From: an uncultured Bacteroidales bacterium
Lineage (GTDB): Bacteria > Bacteroidota > Bacteroidia > Bacteroidales > VadinHA17
Length of the DNA: 64,000 bases
Assembly (NCBI GenBank): GCA_963741935.1
Contig: CAVUJY010000017.1
Location: forward strand, 14,264 to 78,263
Reading direction: 5' to 3'
The notes under the pieces are model-generated. The model worked only from the letters and a program-made list of their open reading frames with translations. It had not been told where the DNA came from and did not search any database. This document shows, one piece after another, positions 55,458 to 64,000 of this stretch. Within the stretch, counting starts at the first letter, position 1. Each line of letters opens with the position of its first letter. The position numbers and the translations under genes were made by a program.

Positions 55458-56327
55458 TCAAAGACTGTGAATGTAGGTGGCACTTGGTTTAAAGGTGTCC
55501 ATTCCCATCTCAACGAAAATATTTTTTACTCCACCCGTTTTGATAGTAGCAAAGAAGTCAGTCCAATCTACTATACCCTGACCAACAGGGGTTTCTTTCT
55601 TAGTCTTTGAAGACCAGTCTGCGAGATGTGCCGAAATGAATCTTCCGGGGTACTTTTTAAAATAAGTTGAAGCTTTATAACCGAGGCTAATAACCGCTAC
55701 CTGAAACTGCATTTTTATGGATTCAGGATCCAACTGCTTCATTAAAGCATCATATATCAGTGTCTTATTAATTTTGGCAAATTCCATATGATGATTATGA
55801 TAGCCCATCTGAATACCTGCTTCCCTGGCCTTAACTCCCATAACATTAAGTTCATCTGCAGCCTTTAGCCAGTCGCTCATTGTTGCTTTCTCAGGCAAAC
55901 CAAAACTGGAGAGTATCATTTGAGTCTGTCCTGATTCAAGTGCAAAATGTATTCTTTCATCAAGATGATTTCTGAGTTCATCCATGACATAATGAGAACT
56001 GATGCATATCAGACCTGCGTCATTAATGATCTGTTTCAGTTCTTTTGCTTTGTACTTCATAAGAGAACCGAAACCAGATGTTGCATAACCGGGAGGAGAG
56101 CACATTTCAATGCTTTGATAACCAATGCCTGCCATCATCTTTAATGTCCCTGCAAAGTCTTTTGCGATCCTCTCCCTGATTGTCCATGATTGAAAACCAA
56201 GAGGCATGTTAATAGGAGAGGAGCTTGTACCTGCCCTGAGGTTAAGTGGCAATTGGGATGCAAGAATAGCAGATCCCACGCCTAATACACTCTTACCCAG
56301 AAATTGACGCCTTGATAATTTTTTCAT
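55458..56327 (-). CDS. Tat-signal xylose-isomerase-like TIM-barrel protein (sugar phosphate isomerase/epimerase family).
   Basis: Intact 289 aa. MKKLSRRQFLGKSVLGVGSAILAS is a twin-arginine motif. ..GYQSIEM.., ..GYHNHHMEF.. Confidence 0.7.
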   Translation of the reverse strand: MKKLSRRQFLGKSVLGVGSAILASQLPLNLRAGTSSSPINMPLGFQSWTIRERIAKDFAGTLKMMAGIGYQSIEMCSPPGYATSGFGSLMKYKAKELKQIINDAGLICISSHYVMDELRNHLDERIHFALESGQTQMILSSFGLPEKATMSDWLKAADELNVMGVKAREAGIQMGYHNHHMEFAKINKTLIYDALMKQLDPESIKMQFQVAVISLGYKASTYFKKYPGRFISAHLADWSSKTKKETPVGQGIVDWTDFFATIKTGGVKNIFVEMGMDTFKPSATYIHSL

Positions 56328-56426
56328 ACATAGTAAGTTTAAAATTTATACTGGCCTGATCAATATGAGTCAGGTGATACTAAGGCTGTTTTTGTATAAA
56401 ATAATTTACAATTAACGAAATATTTT

Positions 56427-57002
56427 TTACTTAACAATTCCTGTGAATCCCATGAAAGCCATGGCAAGTATGCCTGCAACAACCAGAGATATGGATACCC
56501 CCTTCATACCTTTAGGAATATCAGCAAGTTCGAGCTGTTCCCTGATACCGGCAAGAATTATAAGTGCAAGTCCGAATCCAATAGCTGTGGCAGCACTGTA
56601 GACAACTCCTTCAATGAGATTGTATTCCTTCTGCATAACAAGTATCGCAACGCCAAGTACAGCACAGTTAGTAGTAATTAAAGGCAGAAAGATTCCAAGG
56701 GCCTGGTATAGTGGCTGACTGACTTTTTTAAGTATTATTTCGACCATCTGAACAAGGGATGCAATAACCAGTATAAATGTTATTGTCTGCATAAAGGCTA
56801 TCCCCAGCTTATTCAGAACATATGTCTGTATTAAGTAAGTAACGATGGTTGCAAGGACCATAACAAAGGTTACAGCACCAGCCATTCCCAGTGCTGTATT
56901 AACTTTGTTTGAAACACCCAGAAAAGGGCATATTCCAAGAAACTGGGCAAGAACAACATTATTTATGAAGATCGCTGATATAACAATTAATATATATTCC
57001 AT
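56427..57002 (-). CDS. rnfA: Rnf electron-transport complex subunit A.
   Basis: Intact 191 aa. ..NNVVLAQFLGICPFLGVS.. Polytopic, and last gene of the rnf array. Confidence 0.85.
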   Translation of the reverse strand: MEYILIVISAIFINNVVLAQFLGICPFLGVSNKVNTALGMAGAVTFVMVLATIVTYLIQTYVLNKLGIAFMQTITFILVIASLVQMVEIILKKVSQPLYQALGIFLPLITTNCAVLGVAILVMQKEYNLIEGVVYSAATAIGFGLALIILAGIREQLELADIPKGMKGVSISLVVAGILAMAFMGFTGIVK

Positions 57003-57013
57003 TTTAATTCAGA

Positions 57014-57595
57014 TTAAGTTTTTCTGATCTTATTTACAATAGCGATAAGGTATCCAAGTGCTATAAATGCACCCGGAGCAAGAATGAAGATCAGGATACC
57101 TTCTCCGGGAACAAACTTATAACCGAATAGTGATCCGCTTCCGAGGATTTCACGAATAGCCCCTAGTAAACCAAGAGCCATTGTAAAACCGAGTCCCATT
57201 CCCAAGCCATCCAAAAAAGATGAGAATACACTGTTTTTACAGGCAAAGGCTTCGGCGCGTCCCAGAACAATACAGTTTACAACAATCAATGGAATGAAGA
57301 TCCCCAGTTTAATGTATAATGCAGGAACATAAGCCTGCATCAGCAGATCAACGATTGTTACAAATGATGCAATAATTACAACAAAAGCCGGAATTCTTAC
57401 CTTATCAGGGATGAGATTTGAAAGCAGACTTATAACTACATTCGACCCTATCAGTACAAATGTGGTGGCAATTCCCATCCCCATTCCGTTGAGAGATGAA
57501 GAAGTTGTTGCCAGGGTAGGGCACATTCCAAGTACCAGTACCAGTACAGGATTTTCTCTTATAAATCCCTTGGTGAAATTTTGTAGCTGATTCAT
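57014..57595 (-). CDS. rnfE: Rnf complex subunit E.
   Basis: Intact 193 aa. ..ENPVLVLVLGMCPTLATT.., paralogous to RnfA. Confidence 0.85.
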   Translation of the reverse strand: MNQLQNFTKGFIRENPVLVLVLGMCPTLATTSSSLNGMGMGIATTFVLIGSNVVISLLSNLIPDKVRIPAFVVIIASFVTIVDLLMQAYVPALYIKLGIFIPLIVVNCIVLGRAEAFACKNSVFSSFLDGLGMGLGFTMALGLLGAIREILGSGSLFGYKFVPGEGILIFILAPGAFIALGYLIAIVNKIRKT

Positions 57596-58167
57596 TTTAT
57601 TTCTCCTTTCTGAAGGGTGTTATATGCACGCTGAACTGCATCGCAAAATGCTCTTGAACTTATAGTTGCTGCTGTAATGGCATCAACCTGACCTCCGTCT
57701 TTTTTCACTTTTAAAGCAAAGCTGGAAGGATTCTTATCATTAAACTGATCTTTGAATTTTGGCTCTGTCATTTTGGTTCCAAGTCCGGGTGTCTCTTTTT
57801 GTTCAAGTACTGAAATATTAATAATTGTACCATCTGGTTTGAAGCCGGTCATTAGGTTAATATTACCGCTGAATCCTTTTTTAGAATAGGTATTGACCGC
57901 ATATCCTACGATAACACTGTCTTTCCTGGCAGGATAGATATCCAGGCTGTCACCTTCCCCTGTTGGTAACCTGAACATCTCATGATTAGGATTATTATTA
58001 AATGCGGGCACAACCATTTTTATTGCATCCAGTCTCTTATTCAGTTTTGAAAGAGCTATTGGGCCTTTAGTGTATTCATATACAAAGCCAAGGCATGTTG
58101 CTGCAGTCAGGGAGATGATAGTTAATGATAACAACATGTTTTTGAATGTTGATTCAGTCTTAGCCAT
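57592..58167 (-). CDS. rnfG: Rnf complex subunit G (FMN-binding).
   Basis: Intact 191 aa. N-terminal TM. FMN-attachment-type motif ..VDAITAATISSRA.. Confidence 0.8.
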   Translation of the reverse strand: MAKTESTFKNMLLSLTIISLTAATCLGFVYEYTKGPIALSKLNKRLDAIKMVVPAFNNNPNHEMFRLPTGEGDSLDIYPARKDSVIVGYAVNTYSKKGFSGNINLMTGFKPDGTIINISVLEQKETPGLGTKMTEPKFKDQFNDKNPSSFALKVKKDGGQVDAITAATISSRAFCDAVQRAYNTLQKGEIK

Positions 58168-59161
58168 TTTTTACCTCCTCTCCGAATCGTTTTGGTTTAA
58201 TATATGCATTCATAAGCGGAACAAATGCATTCATAATCAGAATTGCAAATGATACTCCTTCAGGATATGCGCCCCATACCCGGATGATCACAGTCAGAAT
58301 ACCTATTCCGCAACCATAGATGATCATGGCTTTGGGATTCATGGGTGAAGTAACATAATCGGTAGCCATAAAAATTGCTCCAAGCAAAACACCTCCTGCC
58401 AGCAGATGAAACATCGGATCAGCATTTGACTCAGGATTTATGATCCAAAAATTGAAGTGAAAACTGCTACCGTTGCTAATATTGAAACTGGAATATGCCA
58501 TGTAATTATTTTCCTGTAAAGCAAATAGGCAAATCCTAATAGAAGTGCAAGTGCTGCAACTTCACCCATCGATCCACCCATTTTCCCAAGAAACATATTT
58601 AATGTATCAGGAACTTTTTGCATAAGCTGGGAGACAGATTCCCCGTTTTTCAATCCTTCTTTGATAATTGCCAGAGGTGTGGCTCCGGTGATTGCATCGG
58701 TATAACCTGTGCTTATTCCTGCAGGAACAGGCCAGCTGGTCATCTGTACAGGAAATGAGATCAGCATAAATACCCGACCTACAAGAGCTGGATTGAATGG
58801 ATTATTTCCAAGCCCTCCGAATGTCATTTTTGCAACACCAATTGCCACGAGACTACCGATGACTATAATAAACACCGGAATATTAGATGGAAGGTTGAAA
58901 TGCAAGGAGAATACCTGTAACCAGTGCTGATCCATCGGTTATTGAGATTGGTTTTCTAAGTATAAATCTCTGGATCAGGTATTCAAATACTATACATGAA
59001 ATGACGGAGGTTGCCATAACAACTACAGCGCCAATTCCAAAATAAAGTATCGAAGTGAGCAGGGCAGGCATCAAAGCGATCACCACTCCATACATCAGCT
59101 TTTTGGTTGTTTCACTGCCATGCACATGAGGTGATGGCGATATGTTAAGTAGATTACCCAT
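58160..59161 (-). pseudogene. rnfD: Rnf complex subunit D, with two frame breaks.
   Basis: Fragments 58883..59161 (..SPSPHVHGSETT..), 58438..58935 and 58160..58501 (..FMATDYVTSP..). Confidence 0.8.
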
Positions 59162-59180
59162 AAATATGTAATTGTATCTT

Positions 59181-60516
59181 CTATTTTATATTTCGCTGCC
59201 TTGCCATCTTTATTACAGTACTTTTACCGAGTCGGATATAGTCGAGTAAAGGACGGCTGGCAGGGCATGTATAACTGCATGAACCACACTCCATGCAATC
59301 TGTAATGTTTTCTTTTTCTGCTTTTTCGAACAATCCTTTTTCGACAAGAGTCATCAAAAGAAAAGGTTCAAGATTCATGGCACAGGCTGCAACGCATTTT
59401 GCACACCTGATACATGGATTGATCTCCTCTCTCAGGGATTCATTTTTTGGAAAGATAATCAGACCGGAAGTCCCTTTTACAACCGGAACATCAGTATTCG
59501 TTATTGCCTTACCCATCATAGGTCCGCCATTCACAATCTTTCCCGGTATCGTCAGGCAGTCCTCCTGCAGCTTCAATCAGTCTGATGACCGGAGTACCTG
59601 TTCTGACAAAATAATTTCCTGGTTTAGTAAGCGAACTTCCGGTAATCGTAACTACTCTTTCAAAGAGTGGTTTGTTTTTCTGAATCGCTTCATACACAGC
59701 AAATGCTGTTCCTACATTGTGTACAACAGCACCGACATCCAATGGCAGATGCCCTGAGGGTACTTCTCTGTTAATAAGAGCTTTAATAAGCTGTTTTTCA
59801 GCGCCCTGAGGATACTTAACTTTCAGTGCATGTACTGTTATCCCCTGAAATCCTGTTGCCAGTCTGGTTAGGTGCTCTATTGCGTCAGGCTTATTATTTT
59901 CAATACCTATCAGTGCCCTGTCAACTTTCAGTGCTTTCATAAGGATTGTGATCCCTGTCAGAATTTCTTCTCCTCTTTCCAGCATAAGACGATGATCGGA
60001 AGTGAGAAACGGCTCACATTCCACTCCATTTATGATAAGGGTATCACACTTTTTATTTTCAGGTATGGTCAGTTTTACATGTGAGGGGAAAGTAGCACCT
60101 CCAAGGCCAACGATACCACATTCAAGACATTTTTTGGATATCTCTTCTGCCGGAATGTTTATTTCAGTAACTATTTCTTTGCTTCTGTCGATAGTCTCAA
60201 TCCATTCATCGCCTTCTACATCAATGAATATGGCAGAATGTTTATATCCTGAGGTATCAGTTATTGAATCTATCTTATTTATCTTTCCTGATACAGAAGA
60301 ATGAATATTTGAAGACACATAGCCTTTGCTTGTGGCTATAATCTGACCTGTCTTAACATAATCACCCTTGTTTACAATGGGAACAGCCGGGGCCCCGATG
60401 TGTTGGGATACAGGAATGGCAACACTTTCAGGAATAGGAAGATACCCGATTGCTATGTCAGCAGTCAGCTTGTTCTCGGGTGGATGAATACCTCCAATGG
60501 GAAATGTTTTCAGCAC
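59181..60516 (-). pseudogene. rnfC: Rnf complex subunit C, with one frame break.
   Basis: Fragments 59509..60516 (MLKTFPIGGIHPPENK..GLGGATFPSHVKL..INGVECEPFLTSDHR..) and 59181..59576 (two ferredoxin motifs CIRCAKCVAAC and CMECGSCSYTCP). Confidence 0.85.
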
Positions 60517-60550
60517 AGTATTATTATTTTAAATTTATCTATCTGTTAAA

Positions 60551-61411
60551 TCAATTTACAGTTTCAGCCTGAACTTCAGCTTTTGGTTTTCTTGGCGGAA
60601 AGTTCAGTTCAATAATTGCATTTGTCGGACATTCTGTGACACATTTTCTGCAGAATGTGCATTTTTTTGCGTCGATATATGCCAGATTATTTTCAATTGT
60701 AATAGCATCAAATGCACATACTTTAACACATTTGTTACAGGCAATACAGGCCACTTTACAGGCTCTTCTTGCCGGGCCTCCCTTATCGCAGTTGGAACAT
60801 GCGACATAAATTTTTCTGTCTTTTTTGGCTTTTTTACGTAGTTCAATCAGGTTTCTGGGACAAGCCTTAACACATGCTCCGCAGGCAACGCACTTATCAT
60901 CAATGATTACCGGCAAGCCGGTTGAAGGGTCCATATACATGGCGTCGAAGGTGCAGGCCCTTACACAATCACCATTCCCCAGACAACCAAAGCTGCAGTC
61001 AGTTTCTCCAACATAAAGACTATTGGAAATTCTGCAGTCAGCCACTCCGTCATAAACTGATGTCTGAGGTCTCGATTCAGGTGTTCCATTACACAGGAGA
61101 ACTGCAACCAGCGGATCAACAACGGGAGCCTCTTTTCCAAGAATTTTTGCCGACAGATCCATAACTGTACCGCCGCCTACAGGACAATAAAGACCTTCAA
61201 AGGTATCTGCTTTAACCAGTGCTTCTGCAAAATTACGGCATCCTGCAAATCCGCAGCCACCACAATTTGCAGCCGGAAGAAGTTCCTGTATCTGATCTAT
61301 CCTTGGATCTTCAAAAACTTTAAATTTCTGTGCAACAAAGTATAATATTATTGCTGAAATAAGGGCAAGCAGACTAAGACTGATAACTGTTATAAGAATT
61401 GTTGGACTCAT
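60551..61411 (-). CDS. rnfB: Rnf complex subunit B (polyferredoxin).
   Basis: Intact 286 aa. N-terminal TM, ..NCGGCGFAGCRNFAEA.., and several CxxCxxCxxxCP motifs. Confidence 0.85.
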   Translation of the reverse strand: MSPTILITVISLSLLALISAIILYFVAQKFKVFEDPRIDQIQELLPAANCGGCGFAGCRNFAEALVKADTFEGLYCPVGGGTVMDLSAKILGKEAPVVDPLVAVLLCNGTPESRPQTSVYDGVADCRISNSLYVGETDCSFGCLGNGDCVRACTFDAMYMDPSTGLPVIIDDKCVACGACVKACPRNLIELRKKAKKDRKIYVACSNCDKGGPARRACKVACIACNKCVKVCAFDAITIENNLAYIDAKKCTFCRKCVTECPTNAIIELNFPPRKPKAEVQAETVN

Positions 61412-61414
61412 TTA

Positions 61415-61834
61415 TTATGCTTTTAACGTAAAAGTAAACTTTTCATTTATCCGTTTTCTGAATAGATAAAGTATTAGATAGTAGGGAATTAATATTCCAA
61501 CGGATATCAGTCCGGCTGGTAATTCTGCCATCTTCAGGGAGACAAGAACAATCAGGATGGTGACAACAGTAATTAATGGAATAATATAGCCCAGGAACAG
61601 GGCAGCATAACCCATAGACTGTTTCATAAGAACTGTTACCTTATCTCCAGGTTTTACATTGTACTTACCTGTTACCTCGATTAACTTTTCCTCCTTGTCA
61701 GACATGCTGCAGGAACCTTCTGCCAGACATCCGATGCATGCTGAAGAAGCACAAATACTTACAGTGACAGAATTATCATCAGACTTCTGAACAATTCCAT
61801 CGTGATTAAATGTTTCGTTTATACCTGATTTCAT
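61415..61834 (-). CDS. RseC/MucC-family (SoxR-reducing-system) membrane protein, leading the rnf operon.
   Basis: Intact 139 aa. Cys-rich N-terminal domain ..SACIGCLAEGSC.. followed by two TM helices. It ends 3 nt before rnfB. Confidence 0.7.
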   Translation of the reverse strand: MKSGINETFNHDGIVQKSDDNSVTVSICASSACIGCLAEGSCSMSDKEEKLIEVTGKYNVKPGDKVTVLMKQSMGYAALFLGYIIPLITVVTILIVLVSLKMAELPAGLISVGILIPYYLILYLFRKRINEKFTFTLKA

Positions 61835-61862
61835 CTTCTTCGGTGCTGGAATTTTCAGTACG

Positions 61863-61870
61863 CAAATTTA
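61863..61870 (-). promoter_or_regulatory. Candidate Bacteroidota -7 promoter element (TAnnTTTG) for rseC-rnf.
   Basis: The minus strand reads taaatttg, about 29 nt upstream of the rseC ATG. This is a motif-only call. Confidence 0.3.
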
Positions 61871-61951
61871 TAATTACCGGAGAATTGGAGCATGTTTTAT
61901 ATCAGTTTTTAGAAGGTGAATATTATTTATTCTGATTATAAATAAGGACTT

Positions 61952-64000
61952 CTAACTAATATTGCTCCATGATTGTGTTTGATTGAAAATTCTTTTTAAT
62001 TCAGTTAATAATATATGGTTCTGGCTATTCTCAAGGGTTGGATCACTATCAAGAATATTTTCGGCAATATGTCTCACATATTCAATAAGTTGCCCATCTT
62101 TTCCCAGATTGGCAATTTTAAGGTCAAAAGGAATACCGCTCTGCTGTGTGCCTTCAATATCACCAGGGCCTCGTAGCTGCAGATCTGTCTCAGCTATTTC
62201 AAATCCATCATTTGTACTTACCATTACATCAATTCTTTTTGCAGCTTCCTTCGACAGTTTGTCTGCACTCATCAGAATACAGTATGACTGATCGGCACCT
62301 CTGCCCACACGTCCTCTTAACTGATGCAACTGTGAAAGACCAAACCGTTCAGCGCTTTCAATAACCATCACTGTTGCATTGGGAATATCGACGCCCACTT
62401 CTATAACTGTAGTGGCTATCAGGATTTGAGCCTGGCCATCCTTAAACAATTTCATAGATTCTTCCTTATTGGCAGGTGTCATCTTACCATGCACAATACT
62501 GATACAATATTTCGGAGGAGGAAACACTCTTGAGATGGTATCCCATCCGTCCTCAAGATCCTTATAATCCATCGATTCTGATTCCTTTATCAGCGGATAG
62601 ACAACGTATATCTGTCGATGTTCAGATATCTGGTTTCTAATAAAACCAAACACTTTATTTCTCTCTGAATCAGTGAAGTGCATAGTTTTTATAGGTACTC
62701 TTCCAGGAGGAAGTTCATCAATAACAGAAACATCAAGATCACCATAAAGAGTCATTGCAAGTGTTCTGGGTATCGGGGTGGCTGTCATTACAAGAATATG
62801 AGGAGGGTTATGGTTTTTTTGCCACAGACGTGCTCTCTGGGCTACCCCAAACCGGTGTTGCTCATCTATTATTACAAGTCCCAGATTACTGAAAAGTACA
62901 TTATCTTCAATTAACGCATGCGTTCCTATCAGGATATTAAGTGAATTGTCAAGAAGTGATTCTGCAATAGTTCTTCGTGAAGCTTTTCGTGAAGATCCGG
63001 TAAGAAGACTGATTTTGATATTAATGCCTTCAAGGAATTTTGATATAGTCTGAAAATGCTGATTTGCAAGTATTTCGGTAGGAGCCATCAGACATGCCTG
63101 GTAGCCATTATCTATTGCGATAAGCATACTCATTAAGGCAACAAGAGTTTTTCCGCTGCCAACATCACCCTGAAGAAGCCGGTTCATCTGTTTACCGGAT
63201 CCGAGGTCTCTTCGGATCTCTTTCATAACTCTTTTCTGAGCTTCGGTAAGAGTAAATTTCAGATTATTAAAATAGAAGTTGTTAAAATTGTCACCGACAC
63301 TTGAGAATTTAAAACCATTAAATTTCAGATTCCTGATAGTCTTAAATCTCAGTAGATTTAACTGTATATAAAAGAGTTCTTCGAATTTAAGTCTGTGTCT
63401 TGCTCTTTCAAGTTCAGCCGGATTTTCCGGAAAATGTATCTTAAGCAGAGAATCATGAAGATCCATTAGTTTGTATTGTCTGATAAGATAAGAAGGCAAT
63501 GTTTCAGGAATTCTTGATTTTTAATTGTTTAATAAGTGACCCGATAAGCTTGCTTATTGTTTTTGAAGAAATAAACTGGTTCTTAAGTTTTTCAGTTGTA
63601 CTGTACTGAGCCTGAAGTGCCGAATTTAGTCTTTCCTCAGGCTTGTTGGCTGCTTCAATCTCAGGATGAATAATATTTATCATTCCGTTGAAAACGCCAG
63701 GCTTGCCAAAAACAATATACTCAACTCCCGGACTAAAGGTTCCTGTTATCCATTTAATACCCTTAAACCAAACAAGTTTCAGAATGCCCGTTTCATCACG
63801 AAAATCAGCAACTAACCTTTTTCCCGGACCATTGCCTTCAGTATAATATCCGTTAATGACCCCTTTTATCTGGACAAAGGGAAGATCAGGGTCCAGTTCC
63901 GCTATCTTATAAAATTTTGTTCTGTCGATATATTTGAATGGAAAGTAATAAAGAAGATCACGGAAAGTGAATATCTTAACTTCCTTATTAAGAAGTTCAG
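61952..64000 (-). pseudogene. recG: ATP-dependent DNA helicase RecG. The 5' end lies beyond the window and there is one frame break near 63510.
   Basis: Fragment 61952..63499 carries the helicase motifs (..LLQGDVGSGKT.., ..IIDEQHRFGV.., ..MTATPIPRTLA.., ..QLHQLRGRVGRG..). An adjacent frame is open from 63516 to 64000 and encodes the wedge/OB region (..FRDLLYYFPFKYIDRT..VQIKGVI..LVWFKGIKW..). Confidence 0.9.

Overview
This window looks like chromosomal, mostly housekeeping DNA from an anaerobic member of the Bacteroidota, probably Bacteroidales-like. The evidence is a T9SS type-B C-terminal sorting domain, DUF3575 and SPOR lipoproteins, an exbB-exbD-tonB operon, tamB divergent from tsaD, the mce-mmdADCB sodium-pumping decarboxylase operon, rseC-rnfBCDGEA, almost no Shine-Dalgarno sequences, and low GC. 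I recognise about 56 protein genes. I found no rRNA, tRNA, CRISPR array, transposase, integrase or phage genes.

About half of the genes, including essential ones (proS, glyA, tsaD, recG), are split into 2-6 ORF fragments by +/-1 frame breaks. I read these as indel errors in the assembly rather than biology. I annotate the whole gene span as 'pseudogene as assembled' and list the fragments in the evidence.

Four regions deserve follow-up:
1. A complete nickel-pincer-nucleotide (NPN) cofactor biosynthesis operon, larC-larE-larB, lies at 7344-10344 with no larA. It is tightly followed by a WbqC-family gene.
2. Divergent from that operon is a Tat-signal DUF362 protein plus a membrane polyferredoxin (10555-13044). 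The DUF362 protein shows a LarA-like His/Lys spacing and is a candidate new NPN-dependent periplasmic redox enzyme.
3. Two tandem secreted proteins with an extreme two-part composition (Tyr/Gly/Asn-rich half, then Ser/Arg-rich half) are followed by a FadL/PorV-like outer-membrane barrel (2377-6650).
4. A nine-gene co-directional array fuses the methylmalonyl-CoA decarboxylase operon to a citrate lyase with a CitD-CitE fusion and a rubredoxin (13159-20370).
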